Shown in pieces: positions 1 to 13,700 of a stretch of 64,000 nucleotides of DNA. Source of the DNA: Gonapodya sp. JEL0774 (Eukaryota); assembly GCA_027604505.1 (NCBI GenBank), contig JADIIX010000118.1, positions 1 through 64,000 on the forward strand, in the 5' to 3' direction. The notes below the pieces were generated by a model. That model searched no databases. It saw only the letters and a program-made list of their open reading frames with translations, and had not been told where the DNA came from. The position numbers were made by a program, and so were the translations under genes. Position 1 is the stretch's first letter. Each line of letters begins with the position of its first letter.

Positions 1-26
1 CCCCCCCCCCCCCCCCCCCCCCCCCC
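1..26. other. Poly-C run at window/contig start, probably low-quality read end
   Basis: 26 consecutive C; similar C/G-rich stretches flank both N gaps. Confidence 0.7.
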
Positions 27-1083
27 GCGTACGCGCGGGTCACGCAAGCCGGGGCCGATTTTCATCTACGGGGCGGGAGCTTCCGGGAACCCGAAGTGTA
101 GTGTCTCTGGGGCGGCGCAAAGGAACGATGGGACAGGGTCCTGACACAAGACGCAAAAGTTGTCGTAAGCCATCTGTCGTGTTATGTATGGGACACCTCG
201 GTGAAATGGCCTGGCCTCCTCCGCGGCGTGTCCTTCCTGGGCGCGACGCGCACCAGTCGGCGAGGGGTCCGTTTTCGGACTCGTGACCGGTGGGCGGTGG
301 CGAACGATTCACCTCCTACTACTACTGCTGTTGGTACAACTGACTGAGGGTCAGGTCACGAGTGCTTACGTTCATGTTTTCTCGAGTGTTTCGATCCAAA
401 GCTCAGCCAGTGTTTGGGGCGACATCACAACGGACGGTACGTAACATCCGCGTGGGCACATGCATGTCTCAACGTGAATGTGTATGGTCAGGTGAAATCT
501 ATAATGGGCACAAGACATGATGAAAGAACAAACTAGGCATGCTCAAGTGTGATACGAGTCAATGCAGCAGTCCCTCCCGGCACACAAACACATGCCCATA
601 CCCCATCCCATAACACATTGGGTTGGGATACAGCTCCGGTCATATCCTCCGAGAACAATGAATGCGACAAAAAAAAACTAAGTAAAAAAGATCAATATGG
701 ATCATTGGGAACGACGTGACAAAACAACAAAAGAAACGAAACCCGACAAGATCACGTGCAATGATGTACCGAGAACTGATTATCAATGTCAGGATGAAGC
801 GACACCTGATATTTCCCTTGAAATGAAATGCTCTCCACCACTTTGCAAACCCAAAGCGGAATATCCAATCCAATGACACACAGTGATGCGACGATGAGTA
901 TCGATAGGAAATGATCAGAGTCTGCCATAAATGTCAACCACCAGCCAGAGGGGTCAATCTCCAAATGCCATGTACCAACTGCGAGAGTCAGTCAGCTACC
1001 CCACCCTGTCCAATCCCCCTTTCTGCATTAAGAACACGGAGATCCAGTTTCAACTTAGAACCCATGTAACGACGAACATCAAC

Positions 1084-3529
1084 TCATTTGGCCCCAGCCT
1101 TGCCTCCACCGCCTGCCTCAGACCCCGAACTCGTCAAGTACCGCATCCAGTCCCTCATACCCGATCCCGACCCAGCGGGGGCGTCCGCAAAAGACGAAGC
1201 CCGACTGGCCGATCTCTGATTGCCCGGTGCGGTTTGGAGGAGCTGCAGCTGGCGATCAGCGGCGGCGACGAGGGGGGAGAGACCGTACCTAGGGCGTTCG
1301 TCCCAAGGAGAAAGGGAAATGATCAACCACAGGAAACTGTGTCGAAACTAAATACTGGAATCTGTCTCGACTTATGCCTGAAGTACTACCCGCATGTCCC
1401 AGCTGAGAAAACAGAATAACTCACCATTCAGCTTCGGCCTTCACCTCCCTCACCACCCCCACATCTTCCAGAGCCACCAGACTATCTCCACCCCGCAACC
1501 AATTCAGCACGTGCCGAAACTGCCCGCCGTCCCTGTCCACGAAATAAGCCCCGTCCTCGTCCAGGGGAAGGTGCCTGATATTCCCATCAGAGAACATGAG
1601 GGAAAGCCTGGACCCTGGCGGGGAACGACGCAGCGTGGACAGCGTGGTGGAAAAGATGTGACCGCCCACGGATATGCGGATCTTTTGACGGGGGTCAATT
1701 GGGGCAGGCGACATGAGGGACCCGATGGTGCGGGAGATGGTCGCGGACCACGTCAAGGGGGGTAATCGGGCCACGAGGTCGCCATCGCCGTCAGAGACGG
1801 AAGGTGAGTCGACGTGACGGCGAGAACGGCGCTTGTGGGCGTGGCGGGAGGATCGGGAGGAGTGGCGGGATGTACGAGGGGAGGAGCGGCGGGCGAGAAG
1901 AGAGGGATCGCGGTCGTTCCAGGAGGGGGCACGTTGGTATGCGAGAGCACCCTGTTGAAAGAAGAAGATGAGGGTAATGACGGAGAGGGGTGGCGATTGA
2001 GCAAGGATCACTGATCAGAGTTCACGAAGCATCATGGGGATTCGGGAAGGCAGGGTGAAGAATCCACCCCCGTCTCCATACGCACCTTCACTCCCGCCGT
2101 CGCGGCCACACTCCCAACCCACAGCGCCCACCTCACGATCACCTGCGTCAGGTCCACGGTCCTCTCTCTCACCCCGTATCTCTTTTCCACCCCATTGTAA
2201 GCCTCCAATCCCCGCTCGGCGGCGACAGAGACGAGATCCGGGAGCGGAGAACGTTTGAGGAAGACCGATCCCAGGACAGTGAGATCGATAAGGTAGGTGG
2301 AGAGGTGGGACTGGAGGGCGGTGAGGGTGGCTGGATAGTGGGGTGAGTTGAATGGGTCAGAGTTGTTCACACCATCAGCACAAAAGATAAAGGAGATAGC
2401 GTGAATCTAGCAAAATGTGCACATCGAGTTCACCTTCACTTGGCGGCCACTTGCGCTCCGCTCCGACCAGTGTGGCTCCAACTTTCCAAGCAGCCTTTCC
2501 CGTTGTCTTGAACCCTGCCCAGAGCATCTCCACTGTCAAGAGCATGACGCCCAAAAGTACATCGATTGCAGCGAGCAGGAATACAAACGCGGACTGGAAG
2601 TAAGGTGTCGCTCGGTCTGACATGTTTGAGTAGGTGGATTGGATCACTGAGAGCCGATTATTCGTGGCAGTGGTCAGCGAGGTGCGTGCTGAGGTGATGG
2701 TGTTTCGTACGTCAGGAAGAGGGAGGGAAGGTAAAGGGATGGTTGGAATTGTGGGGACGGGGATGTGGTCTGAGAACGTGTGGTAGATGGAGCGGCGCTG
2801 TGGTGAAGGAGATGGCGAAACTGAGGGACCGAGCTGGTCGGTTGATGAGCGTGGCGGCGTCTGCTCGATTGAGGGCGTGATAGAAAAGTATGGCGGAGGC
2901 GAGTCCTGTGAAGTAAGCGGTGCAGGTGCAGACTGTTGAGGGGCAAAAGACGGGGTGTCGTCTGTTAACAACATCGATCTTCTGTTTCCGAATTGCGGGC
3001 GTCGAGGAGGCGTTCCAGCCGCAGTTCCTACACCGCCACTTGCAGCATGAACAATGGGCGGTGGGGTGGTCGCCCGGACCAGAGTCAGGGCGGCCGTGCG
3101 GGAAGGGTAGGTAACGGGAGACAACACCTGGGCAGACTGGGCATGACGAGGGGGGGTCCCGGCTTTATTTGATGCCAGTTCATCATCACTCCATTCAGAA
3201 GATTGCCGCGCGTGACGCGGGATAGACGACGGACTGCCGGGAAGCACTGTGCCTTGCGATAGGACATTGGCGATATCCGAGGAAGACGACGCGAACGACG
3301 GCGGCCGACCCGCAGAATCGATCACTCTCCTCGTCGCCATCGGAGTTGTCACTTCTGTCGCCGTTTCCCCCTCCTCTGATTCTGACTCTGACCCTGTTCC
3401 AGTCCCTGACGTGTCCGTCTCGCCGCCGTCGCCCGATTCCGCTCTGTACGTTCGTCGGACCTCGGACACGGCTCGGTTGAAATCACGTGCTAGTGAGACC
3501 ATGCTTGAGGTAACTTGAAATGCGTCCAT
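1084..3529 (-). CDS. KCTD-type BTB/POZ domain protein with long S/P/T-rich N-terminus and a hydrophobic segment; 4 exons
   Basis: Predicted exons 3529-2434, 2330-2086, 1951-1425 and ~1289-1084 with GT..AG ends. BTB motifs IRISVGGHIFSTTLSTL, YFVDRDGGQFRHVLNWLR and spliced EAEW/YGLSPLV. Hydrophobic stretch FVFLLAAIDVLLGVMLLTVEMLW. Confidence 0.85.
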
Positions 3530-4053
3530 GGTGTCCGTTGGTGCTAAACATGAAGGCGACTCTCGGGACAAACGAGCACGTGATATTAGGGACGTCACGA
3601 GAAAACAAAACATGATTATACGATTGAGTATGTGCCATATAAATATTAATGCAATTAATAGATCTTTCATGTTTTCACATTAATATTACCCAGTGCTTTG
3701 AATCGCTCGGCCTGCTCAACATCCGCCTTTCCTCCCTTCGCCTCGGTACAGGATGAGTTGCAGCATTCGACAAATCGGCAGACCGAGTCACGTTCAACAC
3801 GTTGGGACTGAATGTGCAGAGTGGAGTACGTCGAACATTTGAGATCAGTCAAGAGGATGAACGGAGTTTCATCACATGAGAAGACAATCTGGACAACATC
3901 GTTAAATGCCTCAACGTCACTTTGAGCCGAAGTTCAAAAGACGAGCCTCTGTTTGCGCGAGCTGGAATACTGTTCTATCAAAATGGACACATGTACATCT
4001 AACGACATTTTCTTAATGGGGGACTCCGATGTAACCCCGCGAATACACAACAA

Positions 4054-6815
4054 TCACCTCGATAAGACAATGGCAGTTCGCACGCTATAACAAAGCTGAA
4101 TCCATAAAAATGTCTCACAAAATATCGACTGACACTGGTCCATATCAGCAACGTCGACCTCTCCACGCGGCAATTTTGTCTGCTTCTTTCTTTCCCCCGC
4201 TCCATGTCCAGCGACTTTCCGCACTCGGAGCCAGTGCACCAGACTCCCATCGTTCCTCCCCAGACCAACCGCTGCCTCTACCTTGACCCGACCCCGTTCT
4301 TTGCCCCAACCAACGCTCCCATTAGACCAGCCCTGTGACTGCGTCGGAGGGGCTTCAAGTTTCGGTCGTTGACGTGGATGTCGGAACTCACGGGGGGCGC
4401 TTCCACGCGCTTCCAAGAGGCTGGGGTCTGCCCGAGCCTGACCACTTTCGAACCCGCGACCGCGAAAAGTTGGCGAAACGACAACAGAGAGATCGTCAAA
4501 ACAACTTTGCCCATCTGATTGCGCAGAAGCTGGCGTTGTACGGTGAAGTGACGGCGAGTGCCTGGTGGCCATTGGCGTCGTCTTGATAGCCGTCTGAAAA
4601 AGTCTAGAGTAGCCCCTCTGCCTCTCATTGCCTCTCTCTGTGCTACTGGCCAACTTTATATCAGGCACTGCGGCCGCCACCGACTTTAACTCTTGCGTCG
4701 CTTCCAGTGTCTCGGACACGACGTCAGACTCTCTAAGAACAGTATCCTCTTCTGCAAAAATTCTTTGGAATAACAAGTGCGCATCCGCTTTGGAAAATTT
4801 TACGGCTGTCTCTGCCTTCTTGACCTGCATCTGTTCCATACTTGCGCCTGCGCGGCGCGGCCGGCCCCCCCCCGCGCACGAAGAACCGAAGAACGCACAC
4901 GAGACGCGCCCGCCAAAAAACCAACAAAAACACAACCACACACCAAAACACCCAGAAAGNNNNNNNNNNATCCTCGTCTGCAAAATTTCTTTGGAATAAC
5001 CCGGGCGCATCCGGTTTGGAAAATTTTACGGGTGTCCGGGCCTTCTTGCCCTGCATCTGTTCCATACTTGGGACGGCCCCCCCCCCCCCCCCCGGTTCTC
5101 CACTAGAAGCAGTCGTCTGCTCCAAGGCAACGACCTCCTCTCCAACGCCCATTCCCTCTGCAGCCGGAAGGATAGCTGAAGTTGCCCACAGCTTATCAGT
5201 GGTGACAGTCTCCTCAATGATAATGGCCGCTTGTCCGGCTCCGACTGCTGCATGAATGATTTTAACTAGGCCGAACGGGTCCTCCTCATTAGAGACAACA
5301 ACCACCTCAACAGCAATGGGGAGCTCATCCATAGCGACGTCCTCTTGGAATTTAACTTCCAAATTGCTACTGGTGGGAAGCTTTAAGTCCGCAATCGTGC
5401 ACTCCTCGACAATCGATGGAGAGTGCGTGCCACTGCCTATGTCTGCCAACATCACATCACAATGTTCTTCGAACGTTGCCTCCACGGTTGCTACGTTCGC
5501 ACTATCCACAATGAAAAGTCGCTCGGATGCTTCTCGCCATGCGTCCTGTGAAATTGGGCAGTCGAGGGTCAGATGTCCGCCCTTACAATTGAATAGTCCA
5601 TTACGCGACATCGTTAGAGCTGACTCAACCACCAACGCGTACTGGAAAGTCACCAGCCAGCAGAACTTGGCAAACCACGCGCGGTCGGTCGATTTGCGGT
5701 AGAAGTAGGACGTTCGCCAATAAACTGGGCTGTTGGGCTTGACCCCTGCATTAAAAGCAGATTATGCGCATGAGAGCATGACAGTATGAGAGACAGCCGT
5801 CCGTAGAAGTCCGTGTAGCCCATTTGTGATCGCCACAACAGTTGTCAATTCTGAGGGAGCCACCGTGGAAACGTACTGATCAATCGATATTGAGACTTCC
5901 TCTGCTGGGACGCGCGCGGCTCTCTGTGTAAACCCTGACCTTGTAGCAAAGCGTTGGAAGAAGTATTCTTGGATGAAGGAGAAATGGTTGCGATCTTGCA
6001 AACTTTCCACCACAGTGAGAGTCCCAGAACCACCCAATCTGTTCTTGAATGCACTCTTTTGATCCCTGAGCGCATCAAACGGCAAAGGTACAGAACTCTC
6101 ATAGAAACCTGCCTTTCCGGCCAAACGGTGGTGCACATACTCCCCAATGCAGGAGAGATGAATATGAGGTTCCAAAAAGTGCACTGCCCAGTAGATACAG
6201 TCCAGATTTCCGTTTGCACCGTCAAGGAAAGCTGATAATCGAGATGATGAGGGGCAGTTGCATCCACCGAAGACGACGGAAACTGAATTCGTTCGCACAG
6301 TTTGGGAACGAGGAAGTATGTACGATAGCGAAGAGTCCGCTCTCCAGGGTTCAGGGTGTGGTGAATCTCCTGGTTTGTCTGCTGCGCCAGAAGTCCAATA
6401 GAGGTTGGACACATCTGTAAATGGTTGTTTCTGCTCCTGCACACGCACGAGGTGAAGCTGTGTTAAGCAGCAAAACTAATACTGCCCACTCGTTCTCATG
6501 TAGAGGGCTCACTATGGCAATAACTTTCTCTTCCAGAGCCAAGATAAGCGTTCGTGCTCTCGCCAGCTCTTCTGACAGACTCCAAATCTGCTTCGTATGC
6601 CAAATGAAGAGCACGCATAATATGACGAACCCCGTTGAGTTCAAAAACTTTGAAGAAGTCGGGGTTGGGAGAGGTTGGTGACACTCTTTCCCACTTGTCG
6701 CTCGGTGAAACGGCACCTCGTCCCTGGTGTAAGCCAAAGGCGGGGAAGCAAATAGTTTGAGTGACGAACAATCAGTTTCAGACCTGAGATATTTGAAATT
6801 GCACAGAAAAGGCAA
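4054..6815 (-). other. Hypothetical membrane-anchored protein gene or pseudogene, family unresolved
   Basis: Chain of minus-strand ORFs (6351-6815 with TM-like GFVILCVLFIW then heptad-like helix; 5762-6448; 4733-5653; 4054-5010). Two frame changes near 5650-5790 have no obvious intron. Interrupted by the gap at 4960-4969. Confidence 0.4.
4960..4969. other. Assembly gap (10 N) with duplicated, degraded flanks
   Basis: N run; 4744-4844 recurs with substitutions at 4970-5070. Confidence 0.95.
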
Positions 6816-7380
6816 ATAGATTTACTCCGTTATGCTCAACCTACCTTGCAGTCGCAACTCTCACACCTTGGGATGAGGTAGGGGTTTCAGTTGTCGCTGC
6901 CACCGAACTGGCGCAGCAACCCCATGGTGACCGTCGATCTCAGAGACAACGTAAAATGTTGCAGTCTCAAGAAAAGACAAAAAGGAGATTGATTAGGGGT
7001 ATGCAGACAAGTGATGAAAAGGGACGCCAAAAAGGATCGCAAAGAGAATCAACATACCTGTCTGAACTGAGCACCACAAGACCTTTCGACCATCCAACAC
7101 TTTTCGAAGCCGTCTCCGATAACGATTGATCATTACAATGAATGTGTGGGCCAATAACATTGGAATGTGGGCCGGCGACCGCAGATTTTAGCTCCGCGCA
7201 AACTCTCTACTAACCTGAAAATTAATCCACGTCTCCATTAACCCATCATGGCCTGCGTTACAAATGAATTAATATGTTACATTAGGGATGGAGCCAGGAA
7301 AAGGAATTGGTGGACCGGAAATGTTTTGTTCATAAACTCTCCACCAAAATACTCCTTTCCCTCAAAGACGCCCGATCTCC

Positions 7381-8655
7381 ATGTCTGGCTTAGCCCGAAC
7401 TTGGAATCCTGCTCCTGTCCTCCTCCCTCCGGATGCCCCCCCACGCGCCTCCGCTGCTCCGTTTCCATTCTCCGCAGAACTCTCGCTGGACGAAAAGACT
7501 CAGTATCTGCACGCAGTTCAACCGGACAGCAAGTTCTTCCCCCCGAGCGCGACTGGCGCAATCCATCCCGTAGTCGCAGAACTCCTCAACGACATTGGTA
7601 TCATGCCAATCCAGTTTGCGTGGTCTTGGGCAACAGATCGCGCGATGCGAAGACTGCCTCCGAGCGGGGATGGAGTGCCAATTAAACCGTATCCTCGAGA
7701 GCCCCAGCACTATTTCCGAGTGGACAACAGGTAGGATGTCTTGTCTTGCGCGTTTGGAGGTTGTGGAGCTCTATCACTGAAGATGACGATATCCATACAA
7801 ATGCAGAATGTTCTTGCTTTTTTTTGCTAAGATAGACCAGCACAGCCCGTGGATGGCTCGCGTGAGGCAGTGTTTCACTTGGTCATGTCAGGGAAATGCA
7901 AGTCCCACTCCTCCTATTGCAGTACGCAGCTGTCAAACCAGAGAATATTCTGCGAGGACAGGATGAGTCCGCGCTCTTGACTGACAGCTTTGGTGCAGGT
8001 ATTCGATGGTCCTTTGGCCGAGGTTTTGGTAGATGTATTGACATTTTGCTCAGCTTATTTCTCCGAATTTTGTGAGGGTCCTCCCAACTACGCCCGTGAA
8101 TCTCAAATCATGGTGATTGGATTTCCTTTAAACAAAGACCAAACGCTCACCTACAATCACGGTTCCAGATGGCGGTAGCATTTCAACATGTGCTGATGCA
8201 ATTCTCGGCCTCACATGCAGCGAGTTCTTTCCTGGTCACAGGCCGTGAGGATAGCGACGGAGTCATTCGTTTTTTTACTTATTTCGTTGTGAAACAGACC
8301 TTCCCAACTTCCCTTGCATATAGTCGCCGAACGGTATACCTTAATGTGACCTACAAGCAGAGCGTGCCTTTGAACCAAGTCGTTCGTTTCCACTGCTGGA
8401 TTGAGCGCGTCGAGAGACGCAAGGTGTTCATGCAGTTGAGGCTATACATGGACGAGCAGGCACACCGGGAGGGGAAGCCACTCATTGAGTGCAGTGCTTG
8501 TAAGTGGCGAGACGAGACTTGACATAACCGAGATGCAACACTGACACCATCGGCATTCGCCATCTAAAGTGTTCGTCATTCCTCGAGTGGAGAACGAGTC
8601 CGTTCGACGGGCTACCGGTGTGGACTCTAAGAACTCAACGACCTCCCAATTGTAG
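7381..8655 (+). CDS. THEM4-like HotDog-fold acyl-CoA thioesterase (multi-exon)
   Basis: Splicing the ~8054-8095 exon to the exon starting 8169 gives YFSEFCEGPPNYA-HGGSISTCADAILG, matching the EGPP..HGG.I.T..D family motif; followed by TVYLNVTYKQSVPL..VERRKVF; last exon VFVIPR..SQL* ends at 8655. Confidence 0.85.
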
Positions 8656-9037
8656 TGAACCATTATGAATTTAATAAGAAATTAGTCTTACTTTGCTGTT
8701 TTCTAGTAGATTATCACGATTTGTACAATGAGGCACTGAATTTGTTGTCTCACAGAGGGAGACATCTCGAACCTAGTGTGGGGAAGCAAGTAACAGGAAA
8801 TCTCCAGTATTGCCATTTACAACATAGTCAGCAAAGGGATTCCCCAGCTCTCCAAGTTTTGCTCCTGGTGTGTACTTGTGGAGCTCAAGCCGTTGTGTGA
8901 AGAATTTTCTGGCAATCCTCGGTCGGAACCTGTCGGTTCAATGTTTGCCGTTGGAGAGGCTACACACGCAACAAGGAACCGCAACATCTATTGAGAAATA
9001 CCGAAATCGCAACATCTATTGAAAAAACAAATAACGA

Positions 9038-10079
9038 ATGGCGGCTGCTGTGCTTCCTCAACCACACAACCGCCTTGCCAACCTCAACTTTTGGGAAGGC
9101 AAAGACGGCGTTGTCCCTGCACCTCTTTTCGTGGGACAGTGAGTTGTCTGGTACATCCTGTGACTACATCAGCCATGCTGACAAAAGTCCAGAGAGATCG
9201 TGACAATCGACCGCCCACTCCTGTCGAAACAGGTGGAGGTCCAAGACATCTCGGGCAGGGAGGACAAGTTCAACCTCGACAATGCGTCGTTCCAGTATCG
9301 AAAGCACACCACAAACTGCTGGCACACCTTTGGTAACAATGCTATGATCGAAAAAGAGTACTACCGCGAGTGTGAACAGGTTCTCGTTGAAGCGTAAGCT
9401 GCTTTCTTGTTGTCATGAGACGTTGGAATCAGGATCTCATTACCTTGACTCGACGCAGCACTGGTGGTTGTCGGGCACATGTTTTTGACCACCGTATCCG
9501 CCGTTCTACTGTCGCAGGCGGCTCGGGGAAGTCGGGGCCCGTGTTGCGTGTCCACGTCGATGAGTCTGAGAAGGGTGCCATAGCGTACCTCCGACACTAT
9601 CTGCCCAACGAGGCGGAGGAGCTACTCAAGAAGCGCTGGCAGATCGTTAATGTGTGCAAGTCTTTAACTTTCCCTGTGCTCCAAACCTTCATCACCACCT
9701 CACTCACGTAACCGTCATCATGATTCTCGGACAGGTCTGGCGCCCTCTTAAAACCATTCAGCGTGACCCCCTGACCGTGGCCGACGGCACCACATTTGAG
9801 AAGGGGGACTTCGTTCCTGCTGTAGTGCACTACGATGGGGGCGCCCATGCCGGAGGTTGGGACGGTGAGTCGCTCACCGTCATTCATAAGGACGCCCACA
9901 GGTGGTACTACAAGTATCTCATGACACCCGACGAGGTCGTGTTGATCAAAAACTATGACTCGGCCCTCGGCGTACCAGCGAGGCGCTGTCCGCACTCTGC
10001 CATCGAAGACGGTACCGAAGCGGACGGCATGCCGCCGAGGGAGAGCATCGAGGTCAGAGCTTTTGTGTTTTACGATTGA
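9038..10079 (+). CDS. AsaB/CmcJ/NvfI-like oxygenase (often annotated methyltransferase CmcJ-like); about 4 exons
   Basis: Colinear motifs FDHRIRR, PVLRVHVD, RWQIVN/VWRPL, DPLTVAD, RWYY..MTPDEVVLIKNYDS, CPHSA, RESIEVRAFVFY*. Confidence 0.88.
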
Positions 10080-10794
10080 CATCTCGTACTGCTGGCAGAT
10101 GAAATGAAGGTCAGACTGGACAAATAGATAAGGTTGGGTAAACTGACGCTTTGTACAAACTCAATAACTATTATTGAGACACCATGATGGAGAAAGATGA
10201 GTGCAGAAATACATAGTTGATTGTGCGGTTATTATACGCGTTTGATGAGTGATAATAAACCCATGCAAACTTTTCCATTGACTTATGATTGTTTGATCAT
10301 CGCTCTGCGAGATGCAAAGAAGCTCTCTTCCGCCCTCATTCTAATACCCGATGCTTCCTTTGGGAGACATCTCACAGCAAAATGGACCCTATGGACGTGG
10401 ATGGATAAAACATGGGTTCGAAAACGTCGCTCCATAAAAGGGGGAATTTTTTATGAGATTGAGCTCTGGCATTTGTACGCAAGGGGGCGGATATTGATTA
10501 TCAGGAGTCTCGACGTCTCTTCACACTATCAATGAACTCCTAGTAGGCTACTAGCCCACCACCGCATCCCAAATCTATTCAACACGATAAATGAATTGAA
10601 GTTTCCATGTTTAGTTACTCGTTTGTGAGTTCCTTTTGCTCTCGCCCCTCAATATTTTCCATAAATTTCCGTCCTGCCAGTGGGTCAACAACACCCCCGC
10701 ACTCAGTGACGGGGATGCCGCGGAAGCCCTTTAAAAGGCGCGCGGGGATTTTCCCGATCTTCCTGATCAGCGCCTCCAAAAATCGAATCCGTCT

Positions 10795-13700
10795 ATGCTT
10801 TGTCACCATCTTGCGGCGTTAATCGTGGTCGCGTGCTGGTCGAGAACCGGCGCGCTCGGTCAAATCTCGACAAGCACCGTCACAACAAGCCTGGGAAACG
10901 TCACAGGATCGCTATATCCAGGGGGCTGGAGGTAGTAGAGTCCTCCGCACACGTTCTTCAGTACTTCATTGATGCAATCTGCTTTGTATTTACCAGAGAA
11001 TTTCGCAACATTCCCTATGCTGATCCTCCGGTCGGCAAGCTTCGTTGGAAAGTGAGGCTCTTGAACTTGTAGCTTGCTAGCTTGCTTTTAACGACGCGCG
11101 TGGTCGCGAATTTCAGCCACCTGTGTATCCCCCAGAGAAGTACAACAATCTCAACGCCACATCAGGTGTGGGTTATGTATGCTGCTCGCAAGTTCCAAAC
11201 CCAATATGCACTGGAGGAATAAAGGAGGATTGCTTGGTTCTGGTACGTGGTTGGGCATCGTGTATATGTATGTTGGCGCAAAGGAAGCGCACCCGTCTCA
11301 CGCAAACGCAGCACGTGTACACCCCAGTCAATGCTACAACGTCAAGCACAAAACTGCCAGGTGACTCTAAGGGTTCGGACGATATGCTGTGTCCGATGGC
11401 TTTGATCCTAACGCATACCTCCCCTCGTCGGTCAATTTTTCAGTTATGGGTACGTATCGAAAACAGATTGATCGGGCAGCTCACCGAGACTGAACACTGT
11501 CATCATCATTCTTCAATGCAGTGTGGATTCATGGTGGTGCTCTGGTCACTGGTAATGCTGCCAGGTTTAACGGCAGCTACATTACAAATACCCAAAAGGT
11601 TGTTCTGGTTAAACGTGGGTTTACAAGTGTTCCGTTCCATCAAAGCACCCATGTGACTCGACGACTTTCACCAGTGAACTATAGGTTGGGAGCTTTCGGA
11701 TTCATGGGAAGTTCCGATCTACTAGAGGAGGGTTGGTGGCGTCCAATTCGAGTATGTCACAATGACTCAGGTATCTAATCTGCATCCTCAGCCGATGGTA
11801 AGGGTCTCAACTATGGACTCCAAGACCAGATTGCTGCCTTGAAATGGGTTCAGGTGAGTCGTCAGAATCGTTGTGTACGCGACCACCTCCAGTGTCTCAC
11901 TATTCCGATCCTCCTCGCATAGGCAAATGTGGCAGCCTTTGGCGGGGACCCATCCGACGTCACAGTGTTTGGACAGAGTGCAGGAGCGTGAGTACGAGAG
12001 CGTTGTAACCATCCTTGAAAAGATGCCAATCGATACACGTTCATGATGCTTTTCAATTCACCATCAGGATTTCTATTGGCTGGCTCTCACTGATTCCTCA
12101 GGCTGCCGGTCTCTTTAATAAGGTCATTATGGAGTCTGGTGGACCCGGAAGCATTGATGGACAGGCCGTGAGTTCTTGTTTCCCACTTTCTACCCTGCGA
12201 GATCACATGTCCAACCGCATCGCCGGGTGTACAGCCCGACTCCCTATACAGTGTCAACGGTCAATACCAGCGCGCTCTAAAAGCTTTCAACATCACAGAT
12301 CCCAAACTCACACCGGCACAGCGAGTTGCGGCCTTGAGGAATGTTTCTGAAGGGGATCTTGTGAAGTGGGCGTTTTCACCTCTGGGGATCGTGAGTAATT
12401 GGAGATTTTCTATCTGCAATTCCAATTAATGCGTTCATTCGGCTTCGCAAGAATCCCGGAATGCCAACGATAGATGGTGTGACGATCAAAACAAACTCTT
12501 GGGAGCTCTTAAGGAACGGCAAAATCCACTCCAATATGTGAGATCATTCCAGTATTGAACAAAGCAACGTGCTTCTACACTAATTTGACCGTCAATTTGA
12601 TCCTGTGACAACAGAGAAGCCGTGATCATTGGTGATAACGAGAACGAAGGTGAAAGAAAGCTCAGCAACCCCTCCGTAGTTCCACAACATCTTGATAACT
12701 CATCCTTCATCAACCAGGAACCATTTTTACTTCTGTTTACGGCAACAACTACTCTGTCATGGCTACATTCCTCAACGGGACTTCATCTCCCCACGTTCTG
12801 CCCCCTGACCCAACCCTCGATGAGGAGCTCTATCCAAGCAAGTTTGTGGACCGTATGTTGGCACTTTACTTTGATGGCCGTAAAGGAGATAAATTCAAAG
12901 AGTTTGATGGTGCGGGTGAGATCATTGGAGATTTTCTGGTGAGGAGGACAACGCATGTGCGCCAATGACGTGACGCGCTTGATTCATGGACTCTTGACGA
13001 CCTAGTTCTACTCCAACAACCGAATATTTGCGGAAGCCGCTGCTGCTGCAGGGAAGAATGTCTACAAGTGTGAGTCTGAACCTGTTGCATCTTGAGAACA
13101 GCTTCAGCTAGCAGAGGGACTCCATCCAAAAGTATCATGACTCAACATTCGATCATATCCGTCAGATCGGTTCACTGTATCAGCGACCGGCTCTAACGTT
13201 ACAGACTCCAGCGGATTCTATACCGGCGTGACACACGGAGGTGAATTGTTGTTCGTGTGAGTTCGCACGCTTCAGCCATGGTGATAGGAGTTGTGCCACT
13301 CACGATGTTCCTTCCACACTCAGCTTCCTCGAACCGTCCCTTGCCCCATCCGACCAGCTCACCTCGCTCAGGATGGCCACCTCGTGGGCCTCTCTTGCCA
13401 AGCACGGCGACCCCAATGTGGAGCTCGTCAATGCCACGGGTGTTACGGAATGGCCAAAGTACAACCCCAGAGAGAGGGTTGTGAGGGTGTTTGGAGCAAA
13501 TGGTACCTGTACAGCCGTGCCAGAAGAATCATTGAAGACATATAGTGGATACAGGAAAGCCGGGAATGAGCTCATTCAGGCGTGTGGGTACATCTGCTAC
13601 CCCGTCTTTATACTGCCCCGATCATCGGTCGATTGTGTATCCAGCGAAGCTAATCGTTTGCAAACTCCGATTTGCCAGATTACCTGCACTCTCTCAACGT

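Noticed and set aside
8980..9022. Short direct repeat CGCAACATCTATTGA twice before the oxygenase start
   Set aside because: Small local duplication with no further support for function.
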